Assembly: GCA_963849535.1 (NCBI GenBank)
Contig: CAWKHJ010000004.1
Location: 195,977-259,976 of the forward strand
Reading direction: 5' to 3'
Length of the DNA: 64,000 bases
Origin: Terriglobia bacterium
Lineage (GTDB): Bacteria > Acidobacteriota > Terriglobia > Bryobacterales > Bryobacteraceae
Under the pieces are notes generated by a model. The model was given only the letters and a program-made list of their open reading frames with translations, was not told the origin of the DNA and did no database searches. Of the stretch, positions 37,479-47,908 are shown piece by piece; position 1 is the first letter of the stretch, and every line of letters begins with the position of its first letter. The position numbers were made by a program, and so were the translations under genes.

Positions 37479-38210
37479 CTATGTAAGGCGTTCCGGGGCG
37501 GCGGTACTGGTGGCCGAGACAACGCGGGAGCTGTAGAACAGTTGCTGGACATGAGTGTCGGTTTCGATCTCGAATCCATAACGGGCGAGTAGGCCGGTCA
37601 CGTACCCGTCCCGTTGCCGCCCCCAAAACGCGGGCGCAATACTGGAAGAGATACGGTAAAGTGCGTTGAAAAATGGCTTATTCTGGGCAACCAGAATTCC
37701 GGTGAGGCGGCCTCCGGGCCTTAGCACGCGCCGCAGCTCGAGCAGACTCGCAGCTACGTCTTGCTCGGGGATTAACTCAAACAGATAACAGCAGACGATG
37801 GCGTCGAAGTGCCCGCCCGGGAATGGCAGAGAGCGCACGTCGGCCGCCTGGCACTGCACGCAAGCACCCGGAAACAAGCGGCCTGCGATCTCCTGTGAGT
37901 GGGCGGCCATCTTGGGAGAAAGGTCGACTCCGATCGTGTGCCCGTCGAGATTTGCCTTGACTAAGCGCTGCAGCATTTCCCCGGATCCTATCGCCACTTC
38001 GAGCACGCGCATGCCGTTATCCACGCAGGAAGCGGAAAGCGCTGCCGCATGTGCCTTCGAGTGAAACAGCAATGTGGGAAGGCTGTAAAAAGGAGCGATC
38101 GCATCATAGACACGTCGCGTCAGCACTGAAGGGCCGTGGCCCTGGTCGCTCGAAACTTGGGGGGTGGTGCCGGCAAACTCGATCATCTCTTCTGTTGAAA
38201 AGAGTATCAA
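37479..38210 (-). CDS. class I SAM-dependent methyltransferase
   Basis: Motif I is VLEVAIGSGEM. The later LPFPGGHFDAIVCCYLFELI and LRRVLRPGGRL are Methyltransf_11-like. Confidence 0.8.
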   Translation of the reverse strand: MILFSTEEMIEFAGTTPQVSSDQGHGPSVLTRRVYDAIAPFYSLPTLLFHSKAHAAALSASCVDNGMRVLEVAIGSGEMLQRLVKANLDGHTIGVDLSPKMAAHSQEIAGRLFPGACVQCQAADVRSLPFPGGHFDAIVCCYLFELIPEQDVAASLLELRRVLRPGGRLTGILVAQNKPFFNALYRISSSIAPAFWGRQRDGYVTGLLARYGFEIETDTHVQQLFYSSRVVSATSTAAPERLT

Positions 38211-38309
38211 GAACTCCGATTCCGTTCATTTTTTGTTCGCTCCGATTCCATGCTGCGATTTGTTTCGAGGCGGAAACGCGACTTCGATAAGATCGCTGAA
38301 ACAACTGTC

Positions 38310-41300
38310 ATGCTGAACGGATACACATCTAAGTTAATGTCGCGAGCGCTTATAGCAGAGCTGTTCTTCCTGATAGCAGGATCCCTGGACGCTAAACCGG
38401 TAAACCTGCTTTGTGAGCATCTGAAAGATCCGCTTGGAATTGACGCTGAGAAGCCAAGCTTGTCCTGGCGGAGCGATAGCCAGGAACGTAACTGGCGGCA
38501 GAGTGCATATGAATTGCTGGTCGCCTCGAGTCCCGATCTTCTAAAGAGCGGCAAAGCAGATGTGTGGGATAGCGGGAAACAGGCTTCAGCGGAGTCTTCC
38601 AGCGTTATTTACGGCGGCCGGAAGCTCGAATCGCGCAAACGATATTTTTGGAGTGTCCGCGTTTGGGATGCTAAGGGCCAGGTTTCGCAAGCGGCGGAGG
38701 GCGCCTGGTGGGAAATGGGTCTGCTCCAGCAATCGGACTGGAAAGCCAAGTGGATCCGCTGGCAAAACCCGGAAGCGGCTGAGGACCGGTCTGGAATCCG
38801 CTGGATTTGGGCCCCTGGACAGGATGCACTGCAGCTAGCGCCCGGTACCCAGGCATTCTTTCATTTGAGTTTCGATTTGCCTGAGCTTCCGCGACGGGCA
38901 GCGCTTTTTTTGATCGCGCGCGGTGATTGGAAAGTGACTGTGAACGGGCATGACGCGGGCGCTAAGCCGCACTGGAATGAATTCGACCGGCGGGAGATCG
39001 ATGGTTTTCTGGTGAAAGGCCAGAACTCGATCGATGTGACAGTAACCGTTCCGAAACCGCCACAATATGGGCCGCGTGCGGCGGCGCAAAGCGCGGGGAT
39101 GCCGGGCGCTCTGGCAGCGCTGCTCAAGATTAGGCGCGAGGACGGGACTGTGGAACGCATCCCCTCGAGCGAGCGCTGGCAAGCACGTTCTCAAGCTGAA
39201 GGGGCGTGGACCCCGGCGAAGATCGTGGGCGAGCTCAACGACCCGAAGCTTGGCGGCGACCCTGGCCTACTCCCGCAACCGGCCGCTCTGCTGCGGAAAC
39301 AATTTTCGTTACAGAAGCGCGTCGCAAGCGCCCGTGCCTACGTCACTGCTCTCGGAGCTTACGAGCTGTCGATCAATGGACAGCGCGCCGGACACGATCT
39401 CCTCACCCCCGGCTTCACCCAGTTTGATAAACGCGTGCAGTATCAAACGTACGATATCGGCAGCTTGCTCGCCGGCGGGGAGAACGTAGTGGGAGCGATC
39501 CTGGCAGATGGCTGGTTTGGCAGCGGACTCTCTTGGACTGCCGAACACTTCAAAGTGCTTCCTCCTAATCGCTTCTTCGCGCAGGTCGAGATCGATTACA
39601 CGGATGGCACGCGGGACGTTTTCGCGACGGACGATTCATGGAAAGCGGCAGAATCACCGATCCTGCGTTCCGAGATTTACGCGGGCGAAACTTACGACGC
39701 GCGCCTCGAGAAACCGGGCTGGAATAAGTCTGGTTTCGACGACCATGCGTGGCAGCGGGCCACTCTGTGCGATCCCTACACGGGCGCCATTTCAAGCCAG
39801 ATAGATTCACCGCCGCGAATCGTGAAGGTAATGAGACCCGAGCGCGTGAATGCGCTGCCGGACGGTTCTTATGTTTTCGACATGGGGCAGAACATGGTCG
39901 GATGGGTTGCCCTGAACGTGCGAGGCGAGCGTGGAAAGACGGTCCGTCTGCGCTTTGCGGAGATCCTGAACCCGGACGGGACAATCTATACGACCAACCT
40001 CCGCAATGCCGATGCAACCGATACCTATACGCTGCGCGGCGGAGCCGACGAAACATTCACGCCCCGCTTTACCTTTCACGGGTTCCGTTATGTGGAGCTC
40101 TCCGGTTATCCAGGCACGCCTAAGCTCGACGCGATTAGCGGGCAAGTAATCAGCAGCGTGCAAGGAGAGCCCACCGCAAGAGTGACAACTTCGAGCGATC
40201 TGATCAATCACATGTGGCAGATCGGCATCTGGGGACAACGCGGCAATTTTCTGAGCGTGCCGACAGACTGCCCGCAGCGGGACGAGCGTTTGGGCTGGAT
40301 GGCAGATGCAGCCGTCTTCTGGCGCACAGGCAGCTACAACTTCAATATCGCGGCTTTCACGAACAAATGGACCCGCGACGTACGCGATGCACAGCTATCG
40401 AATGGAGCCTTCACAAATGTCGCGCCGAACATCGGCGTCGGAACGGTGGAAGGCGCGCCCGGCTGGGGTGACGCAGGCGTGATCGTGCCCTGGACCACCT
40501 GGCTTCAATACGGCGACCCTACAGTAATCGAACGGAACTGGGAAGCTATGCAGCACTGGATGAGTTTCATCCAGGACGCCAATCCTGATTTTATTCGCAA
40601 GAAAAAAGTGGGGCCGGATTTCGCAGATTGGCTTGCGCCCGATCCGAGCACGCCCAAAGATCTGGTCGATACGGCATATTGGGCTCTGATCGCAAATATG
40701 ATGACCGACATGGCGCATGCTACTGGCAAGGAAGAAGACGCGAGGAACTATTCTCAGCTTTACGACAAGATTCGGACGGCATTTCAGAAGACATATGTCA
40801 AGGAAAATGGCGAGATCGCGACCGGCAGCCAGACCTCATACGTCGTCGCGCTGCAAATGAAGCTCATACCCGAGCAACTGGAATCCGCCGCGGTCGAAAA
40901 TCTTGTCAAGAATATCGACGCACACAGCGGGCATTTAACCACTGGCTTTCTCGGGACTCCCTTTCTGTTATTTTGCCTGGCCAATCATGGCCGCACCGAT
41001 GTCGCTTACAAGCTCTTGCTGAACGAAACGTATCCGTCGTGGGGTTACATGCTGAGCAAAGGCGCTACCACCTGGTGGGAGCGATGGAATGGCGATACCG
41101 GGGATCCCGCGATGAACTCATACAATCACTACGCGTTCGGCTCGGTGGTAGCGTGGATTTATCAATGTGTAGCGGGCATCGATACGGCCTCGAGCGGGCC
41201 CGGTTTTCACGAGATCGTCATTCAGCCGCGGCTGGATCCTCGCGTCACGCAGGCTCGCGGAGAATACGATTCCGTCTATGGCACAATCACCACCGATTGG

Positions 41301-41489
41301 AATGGCTCGCCCTCTGGTCCGTTTGAATTAAAAGTAAGCATCCCTCCCAACACTACCGCCAAGGTAATACTGCCCGAAATCGCGAATGCCACGTTGACGC
41401 AGGATGGGAAGCGCGTCCGCTTCGAAAAAGAAGCCGCCGGCCGCACGGTTCAGATTGGATCCGGCAGTTACGACTTTCAATTGAAGTAA
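38310..41489 (+). CDS. alpha-L-rhamnosidase (GH78)
   Basis: About 1060 aa with a leader peptide, SWRSDSQERNWRQSAYELLVASS, and a catalytic region DCPQRDERLGWMADAAVF typical of bacterial rhamnosidases. Confidence 0.85.
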   Translation: MLNGYTSKLMSRALIAELFFLIAGSLDAKPVNLLCEHLKDPLGIDAEKPSLSWRSDSQERNWRQSAYELLVASSPDLLKSGKADVWDSGKQASAESSSVIYGGRKLESRKRYFWSVRVWDAKGQVSQAAEGAWWEMGLLQQSDWKAKWIRWQNPEAAEDRSGIRWIWAPGQDALQLAPGTQAFFHLSFDLPELPRRAALFLIARGDWKVTVNGHDAGAKPHWNEFDRREIDGFLVKGQNSIDVTVTVPKPPQYGPRAAAQSAGMPGALAALLKIRREDGTVERIPSSERWQARSQAEGAWTPAKIVGELNDPKLGGDPGLLPQPAALLRKQFSLQKRVASARAYVTALGAYELSINGQRAGHDLLTPGFTQFDKRVQYQTYDIGSLLAGGENVVGAILADGWFGSGLSWTAEHFKVLPPNRFFAQVEIDYTDGTRDVFATDDSWKAAESPILRSEIYAGETYDARLEKPGWNKSGFDDHAWQRATLCDPYTGAISSQIDSPPRIVKVMRPERVNALPDGSYVFDMGQNMVGWVALNVRGERGKTVRLRFAEILNPDGTIYTTNLRNADATDTYTLRGGADETFTPRFTFHGFRYVELSGYPGTPKLDAISGQVISSVQGEPTARVTTSSDLINHMWQIGIWGQRGNFLSVPTDCPQRDERLGWMADAAVFWRTGSYNFNIAAFTNKWTRDVRDAQLSNGAFTNVAPNIGVGTVEGAPGWGDAGVIVPWTTWLQYGDPTVIERNWEAMQHWMSFIQDANPDFIRKKKVGPDFADWLAPDPSTPKDLVDTAYWALIANMMTDMAHATGKEEDARNYSQLYDKIRTAFQKTYVKENGEIATGSQTSYVVALQMKLIPEQLESAAVENLVKNIDAHSGHLTTGFLGTPFLLFCLANHGRTDVAYKLLLNETYPSWGYMLSKGATTWWERWNGDTGDPAMNSYNHYAFGSVVAWIYQCVAGIDTASSGPGFHEIVIQPRLDPRVTQARGEYDSVYGTITTDWNGSPSGPFELKVSIPPNTTAKVILPEIANATLTQDGKRVRFEKEAAGRTVQIGSGSYDFQLK

Positions 41490-41526
41490 CGGCTGCGCAA
41501 TTGTTGAGCGAGCAGCATAACAACCT

Positions 41527-41946
41527 TCAAGTATTCTTGCGAAGCAGCCACAAGCCAACCGAAGCGAGCGCCCAGAGGAGAGTAGCTGCCGCAAGAACAA
41601 GCCAGGGCATGTGGCGTGGAAGAAGGGCCCACAGCACGGCCGCGAACAGGAATAAACCAACACTTCCCATGGCGGTGCCTACTGCCTCGAGCGCAGCAGC
41701 ATCCCGGCCGCGCTGCTTCCCACTCAGTCCCTTGCGTTCCTTTTTCTCTCTTTCGTGTTTCTCGGTCAAGGTCGCACTGGCAGGGAAGATTGCCGGAAAA
41801 GCGAGGAACAGTCCGCCCACCGTTGGACCAAACTTTCTGGCGATCAACCCGGCGGCTGCCGTGATCAATCCGCCCAAGAGAAAACGCAAAGCGTATTCAT
41901 ACCAACGCGTCTGACGGAGGCTCGAAAGGTCAAACCTGACTGTCAC
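41527..41946 (-). CDS. DUF3147 family membrane protein
   Basis: WYEYALRFLLGGLITAAAGLIARKFGPTVGGLFLAFPAIFPAS pattern. It is a paralog of the adjacent gene. Confidence 0.65.
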   Translation of the reverse strand: MTVRFDLSSLRQTRWYEYALRFLLGGLITAAAGLIARKFGPTVGGLFLAFPAIFPASATLTEKHEREKKERKGLSGKQRGRDAAALEAVGTAMGSVGLFLFAAVLWALLPRHMPWLVLAAATLLWALASVGLWLLRKNT

Positions 41947-41952
41947 GCTTCC

Positions 41953-42294
41953 TCACTTTAGAAAGACAAACCATAGAGCAAAGGCCACACAGAACCATAC
42001 GGGAGTCGACGAGAGCGTTGCGCGCACTGCCGGGGCTCTGCGGCGTTTAAGCAGGAAGACGACCGCGATGCTGTAGCAACAAAGTGCGATCGCGCCGGCT
42101 AACATTGATCGAGCCTCTACGCTCGCATAAACGGGTCCGTCCGTTGAGACAGTAAGCGAAACCGTTGCCAGCGCTACGGATGGAGCCGCTCCAAACAGGC
42201 CGGCGAAAGCTTTTGGCTTGAACAGGTCGCCGAGCACAGCGAAAGCTGAGACGATAATGCCGCCTACCACAAAGCGAGTAATGACCTGATGCAA
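41953..42294 (-). CDS. DUF3147 family membrane protein
   Basis: 113 aa with ITRFVVGGIIVSAFAVLGDLFKPKAFAGLFGAAPSVALATV, in tandem with 41527..41946. Confidence 0.65.
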   Translation of the reverse strand: MHQVITRFVVGGIIVSAFAVLGDLFKPKAFAGLFGAAPSVALATVSLTVSTDGPVYASVEARSMLAGAIALCCYSIAVVFLLKRRRAPAVRATLSSTPVWFCVAFALWFVFLK

Positions 42295-42491
42295 AGTTGC
42301 ACTTCCGTTTTGAAGCGCAATTGTAACAAGTCGATTGGGCTGCAGTTCTGTTGCTGTGCCGGGACGGGCAGACCTTATCCACTAGTTCTAGCCAGGCTGA
42401 ATCGAAAATCTGAAATAGTCCCAGGGTGCACTTACCAAGCACCGGGCATCACACTTTTGGGGAAAGAAACCCAGAATTAAGGAGAAAAACA

Positions 42492-42743
42492 ATGGCAGAA
42501 AACAAAGGTGAGCAGGGAACCGGCAAGCATCCGCATAAGAGCAGCGAAGATCCGCGCCCTCACCATGAAGCCCCGACCACCAAAGGCGAGGAACATAGCA
42601 AGAGCACAAGCAGCGGATCACATAGCGGTTCGCACGAAAGCAAAGGCGGCAGCGAGTCCGAATCGTCTGATCTGAAATCACGCGAATACAAGGACGAGAA
42701 GGGAAACATCCATCACCATACCCATACTGCCGGCAAGAAGTAG
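42492..42743 (+). CDS. small hydrophilic His/Ser/Lys/Glu-rich protein (stress-protein-like)
   Basis: The ATG at 42492 is preceded by AAGGAG (42478-42483, 8-nt spacer). The 83-aa product is low-complexity (KGEQGTGKHPHKSSEDPRPHHE...HHHTHTAGKK). Confidence 0.55.
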   Translation: MAENKGEQGTGKHPHKSSEDPRPHHEAPTTKGEEHSKSTSSGSHSGSHESKGGSESESSDLKSREYKDEKGNIHHHTHTAGKK

Positions 42744-42841
42744 CAGTCGTTTATTCTCGTATCCGCACTCAGATGCCGTGGGCGGGCGCGCGAGCAAGCC
42801 TTCGCCCGCGGCGAGTTGTTAGCTTCTCAGGTGTGGGCGGT

Positions 42842-43852
42842 TTATTTCTGCGCCGAGAAAGCTAGGGGCGCCGGTGGCGCGACACCGACCGCTTTGCAAT
42901 CTGCATCGACCATTTCCTGGACCAGATCGCGGAAGCTCGTCCTAACCCGCCAGCCTAGATCGTTGATAGCCTTTGTGGCATCGCCGAGCAAAATATTGAC
43001 CTCAGCGGGACGGAATAGATCGGGGTCAGTTGTCACATACTTCTCGTAATCGAGGCCAACATAGGAAAACGCAGCTTCCACGAATTCACGCACAGAGTGC
43101 GTCTCCCCTGTTGCGACAACATAATCGTCGGGCTCAGGCTGTTGCAGCATCAGCCACATCGCGTCTACGTACTCGCGAGCGTGACCCCAGTCGCGTTTAG
43201 CATCCAGATTTCCCAGGCGAAGCTGGTCTTTCTTCCCGGCGAGAATGCGAGCCACGCCGGAGGTGATTTTGCGTGTCACGAACTCATACCCTCGGCGCGG
43301 AGATTCATGATTAAAGAGAATCCCGCTGCTGGCGTGCATGGCGTACGCTTCCCGATAGTTCCGAGTCAATTCGAAACCGCAGACTTTGCTGATTCCATAA
43401 CTCGAGCGAGGGTGGAACGGCGTTCTTTCGTTCTGCGGCACCTCCTCCGCTTTTCCAAACATCTCACTTGACCCGGCGAAGTAGAAACGGCAATGCGGGG
43501 CGACGCTCTTCACAGAAGCCAACAAAAAATGCGTGCCGTTGATATTAGCGTTTAGGGTGGAGAACTCGTCGTCGAACGAATAGCTCACAAAGCTCTGAGC
43601 AGCCAGATGGTAGCATTCGTGCGGGACCGTCTCAGCGACGACCTGGTAGATGCTGGCGTAACTTTCTAAAGAGGCAGCATGAAGCTTGATGCGGTTGCGT
43701 ACGGCGCTAAGCCTGGCGAGGCGGTGCTCGGGGTCCTCAAGGGCAACTCTCCGAATGATTCCGTGTACCTCATAGCCTTTTGAAATAAGCAATTCGGCGA
43801 GGTAGGAACCATCTTGACCGGTAATTCCCGTAATTAGTGCTCTTCGCGCCAT
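42842..43852 (-). CDS. gmd: GDP-mannose 4,6-dehydratase
   Basis: It has ALITGITGQDGSYLAELLISKGYEVHGIIRR and the SDR catalytic context SSYGISK, and it is collinear with Gmd throughout. Confidence 0.9.
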   Translation of the reverse strand: MARRALITGITGQDGSYLAELLISKGYEVHGIIRRVALEDPEHRLARLSAVRNRIKLHAASLESYASIYQVVAETVPHECYHLAAQSFVSYSFDDEFSTLNANINGTHFLLASVKSVAPHCRFYFAGSSEMFGKAEEVPQNERTPFHPRSSYGISKVCGFELTRNYREAYAMHASSGILFNHESPRRGYEFVTRKITSGVARILAGKKDQLRLGNLDAKRDWGHAREYVDAMWLMLQQPEPDDYVVATGETHSVREFVEAAFSYVGLDYEKYVTTDPDLFRPAEVNILLGDATKAINDLGWRVRTSFRDLVQEMVDADCKAVGVAPPAPLAFSAQK

Positions 43853-43973
43853 AAAGCCCACAGTTTAACACGCGAAACGACTCATCCAGAAAGAAGACGG
43901 GAAGAGCCGACGATATGAAATCATAAGCGAGTGCGCGCTGGCACAGGTGTATTCGACGGCGCACTCGATTGCG

Positions 43974-45749
43974 ATGAAAACAGAAGGACTATATTTTTAT
44001 CACATCCCCAAGACAGCAGGCATGTCAGTCTGGCACTTTCTCGAACAGGGATTTCCAACCAACCAGATCTGTCCCTGGTGGTTATGGGATCAACTCATCG
44101 AGGTTCCACGGCCCCAGTTAGCACAATGGCAGATTTTTCGCGGGCACTTTCTTTCACACCTGGAACCCTATCTCGGCAAATTACTTAGAGCGTTCACGCT
44201 GCTGCGAGATCCCGTGGAACGTACGATTTCACATTACTTTCATGTTCGTCGGGCTCCGGATCACCCGTTTCACAAATACGGTTCGCAAATGTCACTCGCG
44301 GAGTTCTGTGTTCACCCAGAAACGCGGCATATGGTTGAAAACTATCAATCTGCTTACCTGGCGAAATCGCCTTGCGACCCGGTGGTGGTAGCGCAAGGGC
44401 TTTCTCCCGATTGCCTGGCGCGTTTTGAGCTGCAGAAACGAATGGAACATCCGGACAAGATTTCCGATCCGAAGGAATTATTTGAACGTGCAGAAGCGCG
44501 GCTCGCCGGGTTCTCAGCAGTTGGAATTACAGAAAATTTCCATGACTCACTGCTCCAGATCAGCGGAGCTCTGGAATGCCCCGCGCCGTCAGCATTCGAA
44601 CCGCAGAACGTCAATCCTGAACGCGCGCCGGTAGAGAATGTGGATGAGGCTACCCTGGCGCTCATTCGTGACCTGACGCTGGTCGATCGGCGCCTCTATG
44701 ATTCCATCGTTGCGCGTTCTCAACGAACAAACCCTCGCTGGATAAATGGATATGACCGCTTGCCCGAAACTCACATGATTTCTTACGCTCAAAATTTTGA
44801 AGACGTTATTCTGCATCGCGTTTTTCGCGATCGAAAGGACGGATTCTATATCGATGTGGGCGCCATGGATCCGGTTATCGATTCGGTGACTAAGTGGTTT
44901 TATGATCAAGGCTGGTCGGGCATCAACATCGAGCCCAACGAATGGTTCTACAACAAACTTGTGGAGGACCGCCCGCGCGATATCAATCTGCAATTAGCGG
45001 TAGGCGAACGAAAAGAACAGAGACCGATATACCTTTTCGAGCAGTACGGGAACTCCACGTTTGAGGAATCTAACCGCGACCGCTTCATTGAGCAAGGGCA
45101 CGAAGCGAAGGAGAGAACCGTAGAGGTTACTACACTCGCTGCGGTTTGCCAGGACTATGTCACTCGCGAAATCGATTTCCTTAAAGTCGATTGCGAGGGT
45201 TGGGAGAAGTTGGCCTTGGAAGGCGCCGATTGGGATCGCTTTCGACCGATCCTGCTGATTGTCGAAGCAACGGAACCCGGAACAACCATTCCCTCATGGC
45301 AGCAATGGGAGCCTCTGTTGGATAACTGGCGCTATGAGATGGTTTATTTCGATGGCCTAAATCGGTTTTACCTGCGCCGGGAGTCGCTAGATCTGCGTTC
45401 CTGCTTCGAGGCGCCGCCCAATGTCTTCGACGAATTCAAGATGTACGCAACGGAGAAGGCAGAGCAGAGCAGTGAAGCTCTCAGGCGGGAGCGAGAGAGC
45501 TTGGCAGAGCGCGTCTCTGAGCTGGAAAGAGAAGCCGCGCGCAATGCAGAGTCAGATAACAGAATTGGAAGAGAAGGCGCGGACAGATGCTGCCGAGGTC
45601 GGGCGTTTAACTGCCGAAGTTCTCGCACTTCAGAACCCGCGCCGCCCAACTGGATCAAACGGTACTTAAAACACGGCTATGGGTCGGCCAGTTGTCCCAG
45701 GAGCTGGTGGCCAGTAAACTGCGAGATTCAAAAGGCTAGCTCATACTAA
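43974..45749 (+). CDS. sulfotransferase family-2 domain + FkbM-family methyltransferase domain + coiled-coil tail (tail frameshifted)
   Basis: YFYHIPKTAGMSVWHF is the 5'-PSB-like motif. FYIDVGAMDPVIDSVTKWF...FLKVDCEGWEKLAL is FkbM-like. The C-terminal heptad-like sequence continues in other frames after about 45545. Confidence 0.75.
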   Translation: MKTEGLYFYHIPKTAGMSVWHFLEQGFPTNQICPWWLWDQLIEVPRPQLAQWQIFRGHFLSHLEPYLGKLLRAFTLLRDPVERTISHYFHVRRAPDHPFHKYGSQMSLAEFCVHPETRHMVENYQSAYLAKSPCDPVVVAQGLSPDCLARFELQKRMEHPDKISDPKELFERAEARLAGFSAVGITENFHDSLLQISGALECPAPSAFEPQNVNPERAPVENVDEATLALIRDLTLVDRRLYDSIVARSQRTNPRWINGYDRLPETHMISYAQNFEDVILHRVFRDRKDGFYIDVGAMDPVIDSVTKWFYDQGWSGINIEPNEWFYNKLVEDRPRDINLQLAVGERKEQRPIYLFEQYGNSTFEESNRDRFIEQGHEAKERTVEVTTLAAVCQDYVTREIDFLKVDCEGWEKLALEGADWDRFRPILLIVEATEPGTTIPSWQQWEPLLDNWRYEMVYFDGLNRFYLRRESLDLRSCFEAPPNVFDEFKMYATEKAEQSSEALRRERESLAERVSELEREAARNAESDNRIGREGADRCCRGRAFNCRSSRTSEPAPPNWIKRYLKHGYGSASCPRSWWPVNCEIQKASSY

Positions 45750-45826
45750 GAAACCAGGCCTGAACTTGGCGCCGGGTTTGGGTATGCCGGAGCAGTCGCG
45801 GCGAGCAAGTAAGTGTAAGTTAAAGC

Positions 45827-47908
45827 TTGACAAAGCGCGACTTTTCCTTCGCCTTAGATACGCCCAGCGCTATCTCTCTAAACAGAGATGAATGTTACAT
45901 AAAAGGGTGGTTCGTTCCGCATAACGAGAAGCAGTGTGAGCTTTGGCTGATCGGCGAGGGCGTGCGCTTGCCAGCGTTTGCTGGTCTGCGGCGGCCCGAT
46001 GTAGCCAGGCATCATCAGAACGATCCTGCCTTCAAGAACTCAGGGTTTCTGGTCCGTTTCAGACGTCCGATTTCAGAAGCACCGCTGACGCTTATTGCTC
46101 GGACCCAGGACGACGAGTTTGTCCTAGCCGAGAGGATAACATTGCCGGCCTACACCGAGGGCGAAGGAGTCCTCTTCAGAACGGAACCGCTGGCTTATCG
46201 GCCACTGTTCTCCATCACGCTAGGCATTCCGGAGCCACATCTTTATCTGGTAACGCGCTGCCTAGAATCGATACAGCAGCAGGAGTATCCTCACTGGCAG
46301 CTGTGCGTCGCCTGCGAGTCACGGGAGCCCAGCGCCACTCGTGAATACCTGGAAAGGACAGCCCGGGAAGACGCCCGGCTCAAACTGCTGGAGGGCGGGA
46401 GCGGGCTGACTTCAGACCTCTTCAATCGAGCTCTCGGGGCCGCAGAAGGCGATTTCGTACTTCGCATGGATTATCGGGACGAGTTGGATCCCTATGCGCT
46501 GGCGGAAATGGCCGCTTCTTTGAACAGCACGCAGAATACAGATCTTCTTTATGCGAACGAAGAAGAAATCGATTTTTATGGGAACCCTCAAGGTTTGTTT
46601 CTGAAGCCGGACTTCGACCCCGAAGCTTTCCTGTCGTGGAATTTCATACGAAATGGCGCGGCCGTGCGACGGAGCGTTCTGCTGAAAGCGGGCGGATATG
46701 GGGCCGGAACCGGCCGTGCAGACGATTGGGACGTGATGCTGCGAGTGCTTGAGATCGCCGGGTCGTCACGCGTACGGCACGTCCCCAAAGCTCTTTATCG
46801 CCACCGGAAGGACGAAGAGTTACTCGGGCCGAGAGAGGACAAGCATAGTTCCCCAAGAGCGATCCAGGACTACTTCGGGAGGGCGGGTCTGGGCGTAGAA
46901 GTCGAAGCGGGAATCTTTCCAGGTTCTTTCCGCCTCAATCGCGAACGGGCCACAGGCCGTCAAGTTGCGCTTCTGGTGAGGTCTGAAGATGGTGTGTTCC
47001 AGCATGCCGCATTGGCTGCTAACGTGAATCCGCGGACCACGCGAATTTATGAATTGCTTGGCTCTGGGGCCGATCTACTCAGGGATAGCAGATTGCCGGC
47101 GGAGGTGCAGATCGCGGGAGGCCCGGTACGAAACCTCACCGAGATGCCGGCGGATGTCTTTATCTTCATTAATCGTCCGTTGGACACGGTGAGCCACCAC
47201 TTCATCAATGAACTCGCGGCGCAGGCCGTGCGTGCCGATTGCGGTCTGGTGACCGGCATCGCTCTTGATAGGAACGGCCGAATCCTGCATTCGGGCTTTG
47301 TCCACGGACCTGAGAACCGACTCACTGATCCGTTCGCCGGAATTTCTTTTTCGCAGAGTGAACTGCCGCGGGTTCTCAGCGTGGTTCGTTCAGTCGATCA
47401 GATCTCAGATGAATTCTTTGCGGTAAAGCGCAGTCAGCTGGTTGCGCTCGGCGGCTTTGGCGTCGTCTCCAGCTGTGGCATGCCGCAGCTGGTCAACGCA
47501 CTGGCCGAACTGGCGCATTCTACCAACTCACGCGTGCTTGTTACCCCGTATGCCATTGCGACATTCGATGTTGCCGGCCGAGCTTGTCATGCTAATGGTG
47601 AGCAAGCAGTGGCAGGGGAGAACATATCAGATGAACTGGAGGCGGCGCAAGCCGAGCGCAAACTCGCGGCAGCGCGGCTCCGTGAAATCTCGAGCGAGCG
47701 AGATCATCTGGGTCGCGAACTGGAGGCCGCCGAGGAAGCACTTAGACGAATAGAGGCGAGCCAGTGCGGAGAACTGCGCCAGCAAGTCCAGGAGCTCGAA
47801 GCGGCACTCGAAGCGGAACGACGGATTACGACAGGAATTCAAAATTCGCTCTCCTGGAAAGTCACTGCGCCCTTGAGAGCCTGCATGCGGCTCGTCAGAG
47901 GGAAATGA
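45827..47908 (+). CDS. family 2 glycosyltransferase with C-terminal coiled coil (TTG start uncertain)
   Basis: The GT-A region reads FSITLGIPEPHLYLVTRCLESIQQQEYPHWQL...DYRDELDP. The last ~90 aa are heptad-rich (ELEAAQAERKLAAARLREISSERDHLGRELEAAEEALRRIE...). Confidence 0.8.
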   Translation: MTKRDFSFALDTPSAISLNRDECYIKGWFVPHNEKQCELWLIGEGVRLPAFAGLRRPDVARHHQNDPAFKNSGFLVRFRRPISEAPLTLIARTQDDEFVLAERITLPAYTEGEGVLFRTEPLAYRPLFSITLGIPEPHLYLVTRCLESIQQQEYPHWQLCVACESREPSATREYLERTAREDARLKLLEGGSGLTSDLFNRALGAAEGDFVLRMDYRDELDPYALAEMAASLNSTQNTDLLYANEEEIDFYGNPQGLFLKPDFDPEAFLSWNFIRNGAAVRRSVLLKAGGYGAGTGRADDWDVMLRVLEIAGSSRVRHVPKALYRHRKDEELLGPREDKHSSPRAIQDYFGRAGLGVEVEAGIFPGSFRLNRERATGRQVALLVRSEDGVFQHAALAANVNPRTTRIYELLGSGADLLRDSRLPAEVQIAGGPVRNLTEMPADVFIFINRPLDTVSHHFINELAAQAVRADCGLVTGIALDRNGRILHSGFVHGPENRLTDPFAGISFSQSELPRVLSVVRSVDQISDEFFAVKRSQLVALGGFGVVSSCGMPQLVNALAELAHSTNSRVLVTPYAIATFDVAGRACHANGEQAVAGENISDELEAAQAERKLAAARLREISSERDHLGRELEAAEEALRRIEASQCGELRQQVQELEAALEAERRITTGIQNSLSWKVTAPLRACMRLVRGK

